DNA of 64,000 bases, from assembly GCF_004010195.1 (NCBI RefSeq), contig NC_057718.1:78542935-78606934 (forward strand), in the 5' to 3' direction. Within the stretch, counting starts at the first letter, position 1, and the number at the start of each line of letters is the position of its first letter. A model generated the notes under the pieces. It saw only the letters and a program-made list of their open reading frames with translations. It was not told where the DNA came from and ran no database searches. Source of the DNA: Chiloscyllium plagiosum (taxonomy: Eukaryota). A program made the translations under genes and the position numbers. Of this stretch, positions 63,070-64,000 are shown piece by piece.

Positions 63070-64000
63070 GACTTCATTGCAGCCTTGGTCAAACATGGAT
63101 GAAAGAAATGAATTCCAGAGGCGCTGTGACAGTGATTGTCCTTGACATCAAGGCTGCATTTGACCTCGTGTGGCATCAAGGACCCCGAGAAAAGTTGGAG
63201 TTAATGAGAATCAGGAGAAAATCTCTCCACTGGTTGAAGTCATACCTGGCATAAAGAAAGATGGTTTTGGTTGTTGGAGGTCGGCATCTCAGCTGCAGGA
63301 TATCGCTGAAGAAATCCCTCAGGATTATGTCCTAGGGCACAACCACCTTCAGCCACTTCAAAATGACTTTCCCTCCACAATAACGTCAAAAGTGGGGATG
63401 TCTTCTGATGTAGAGCATGTTTCATGACTCAGATACTGAAGCAGTTTGGGCCCAAATGCAATAAGACCATTAATAATATCCAAGGTTGGGCTGAAAAGTG
63501 ATAAGTAACATTTGCACCACACAAATACCTGACAATAATCATCTAACAAACTAACCATTGTACCTAACATTCAATGGCATAACCATCACTTAATCTCCCA
63601 TTATCAAATTTGTGGCTACCTTTGCACAAAAATTGAGCTGAACAAGTTATATAAATACAATATCTGCATGTTAATGAGATGTTAGGAATCTTGCAACAAG
63701 TAACTCACCTGACTCACCAAAGCCTGTCCACATCAACAAGGCACAAGTCAAGAGCGTGATGGAATACTCTCCATTGCTTGGATGAGTGCAACTCCAAGAA
63801 CACTCATGAAACTTGACACCATCCAGGATAAAAATGTTTGCATGATTGGCGCTGCATCCACAAACATCCAATCCTCCCACCATTTGGCGCTCAATCGTAG
63901 CAGCAGTGTATACCAGAAATTCACCAAAGGTCATTAAGCCGAACATTTTAAACACATAACCACCTGCTTCTAGAGGAACAAGGGCAGCAGATACATGGGA
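63070..64000 (+). mobile_element. LINE RT fragment, same family as 52755-55410
   Basis: GACATCAAGGCTGCATTTGAC (DIKAAFD) and downstream RT remnants. Confidence 0.75.

Overview
Eukaryotic, repeat-rich genomic DNA, almost certainly from a shark or ray (HE1-type SINEs, HER1/CR1 LINEs, SacSINE1-like DeuSINEs). The window holds one host gene: an apparently intact 11-exon SLC22A2/OCT2-like organic cation transporter on the + strand (ATG 2444, probable stop 52138, about 568 aa), with a probable GC-AG last intron. Introns and flanks contain a complete but decayed Gmr1-type Ty3/gypsy element (integrase before RT), a second decayed gypsy element, two near-full-length CR1 LINEs with esterase ORF1, many CR1/L2/RTE fragments, SINEs and degenerate tandem repeats. 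The most interesting signal is a set of about 12 short Penelope-like inserts from three sequence families. Most carry a minimal hammerhead-ribozyme motif (CUGANGA-A-stemII-GAAA-palindrome-NUH) whose stems covary between families. Several are young, have 7-16 bp target-site duplications and fold back into long hairpins centred on the ribozyme. All calls were made by eye; repeat boundaries are approximate unless a TSD is given.
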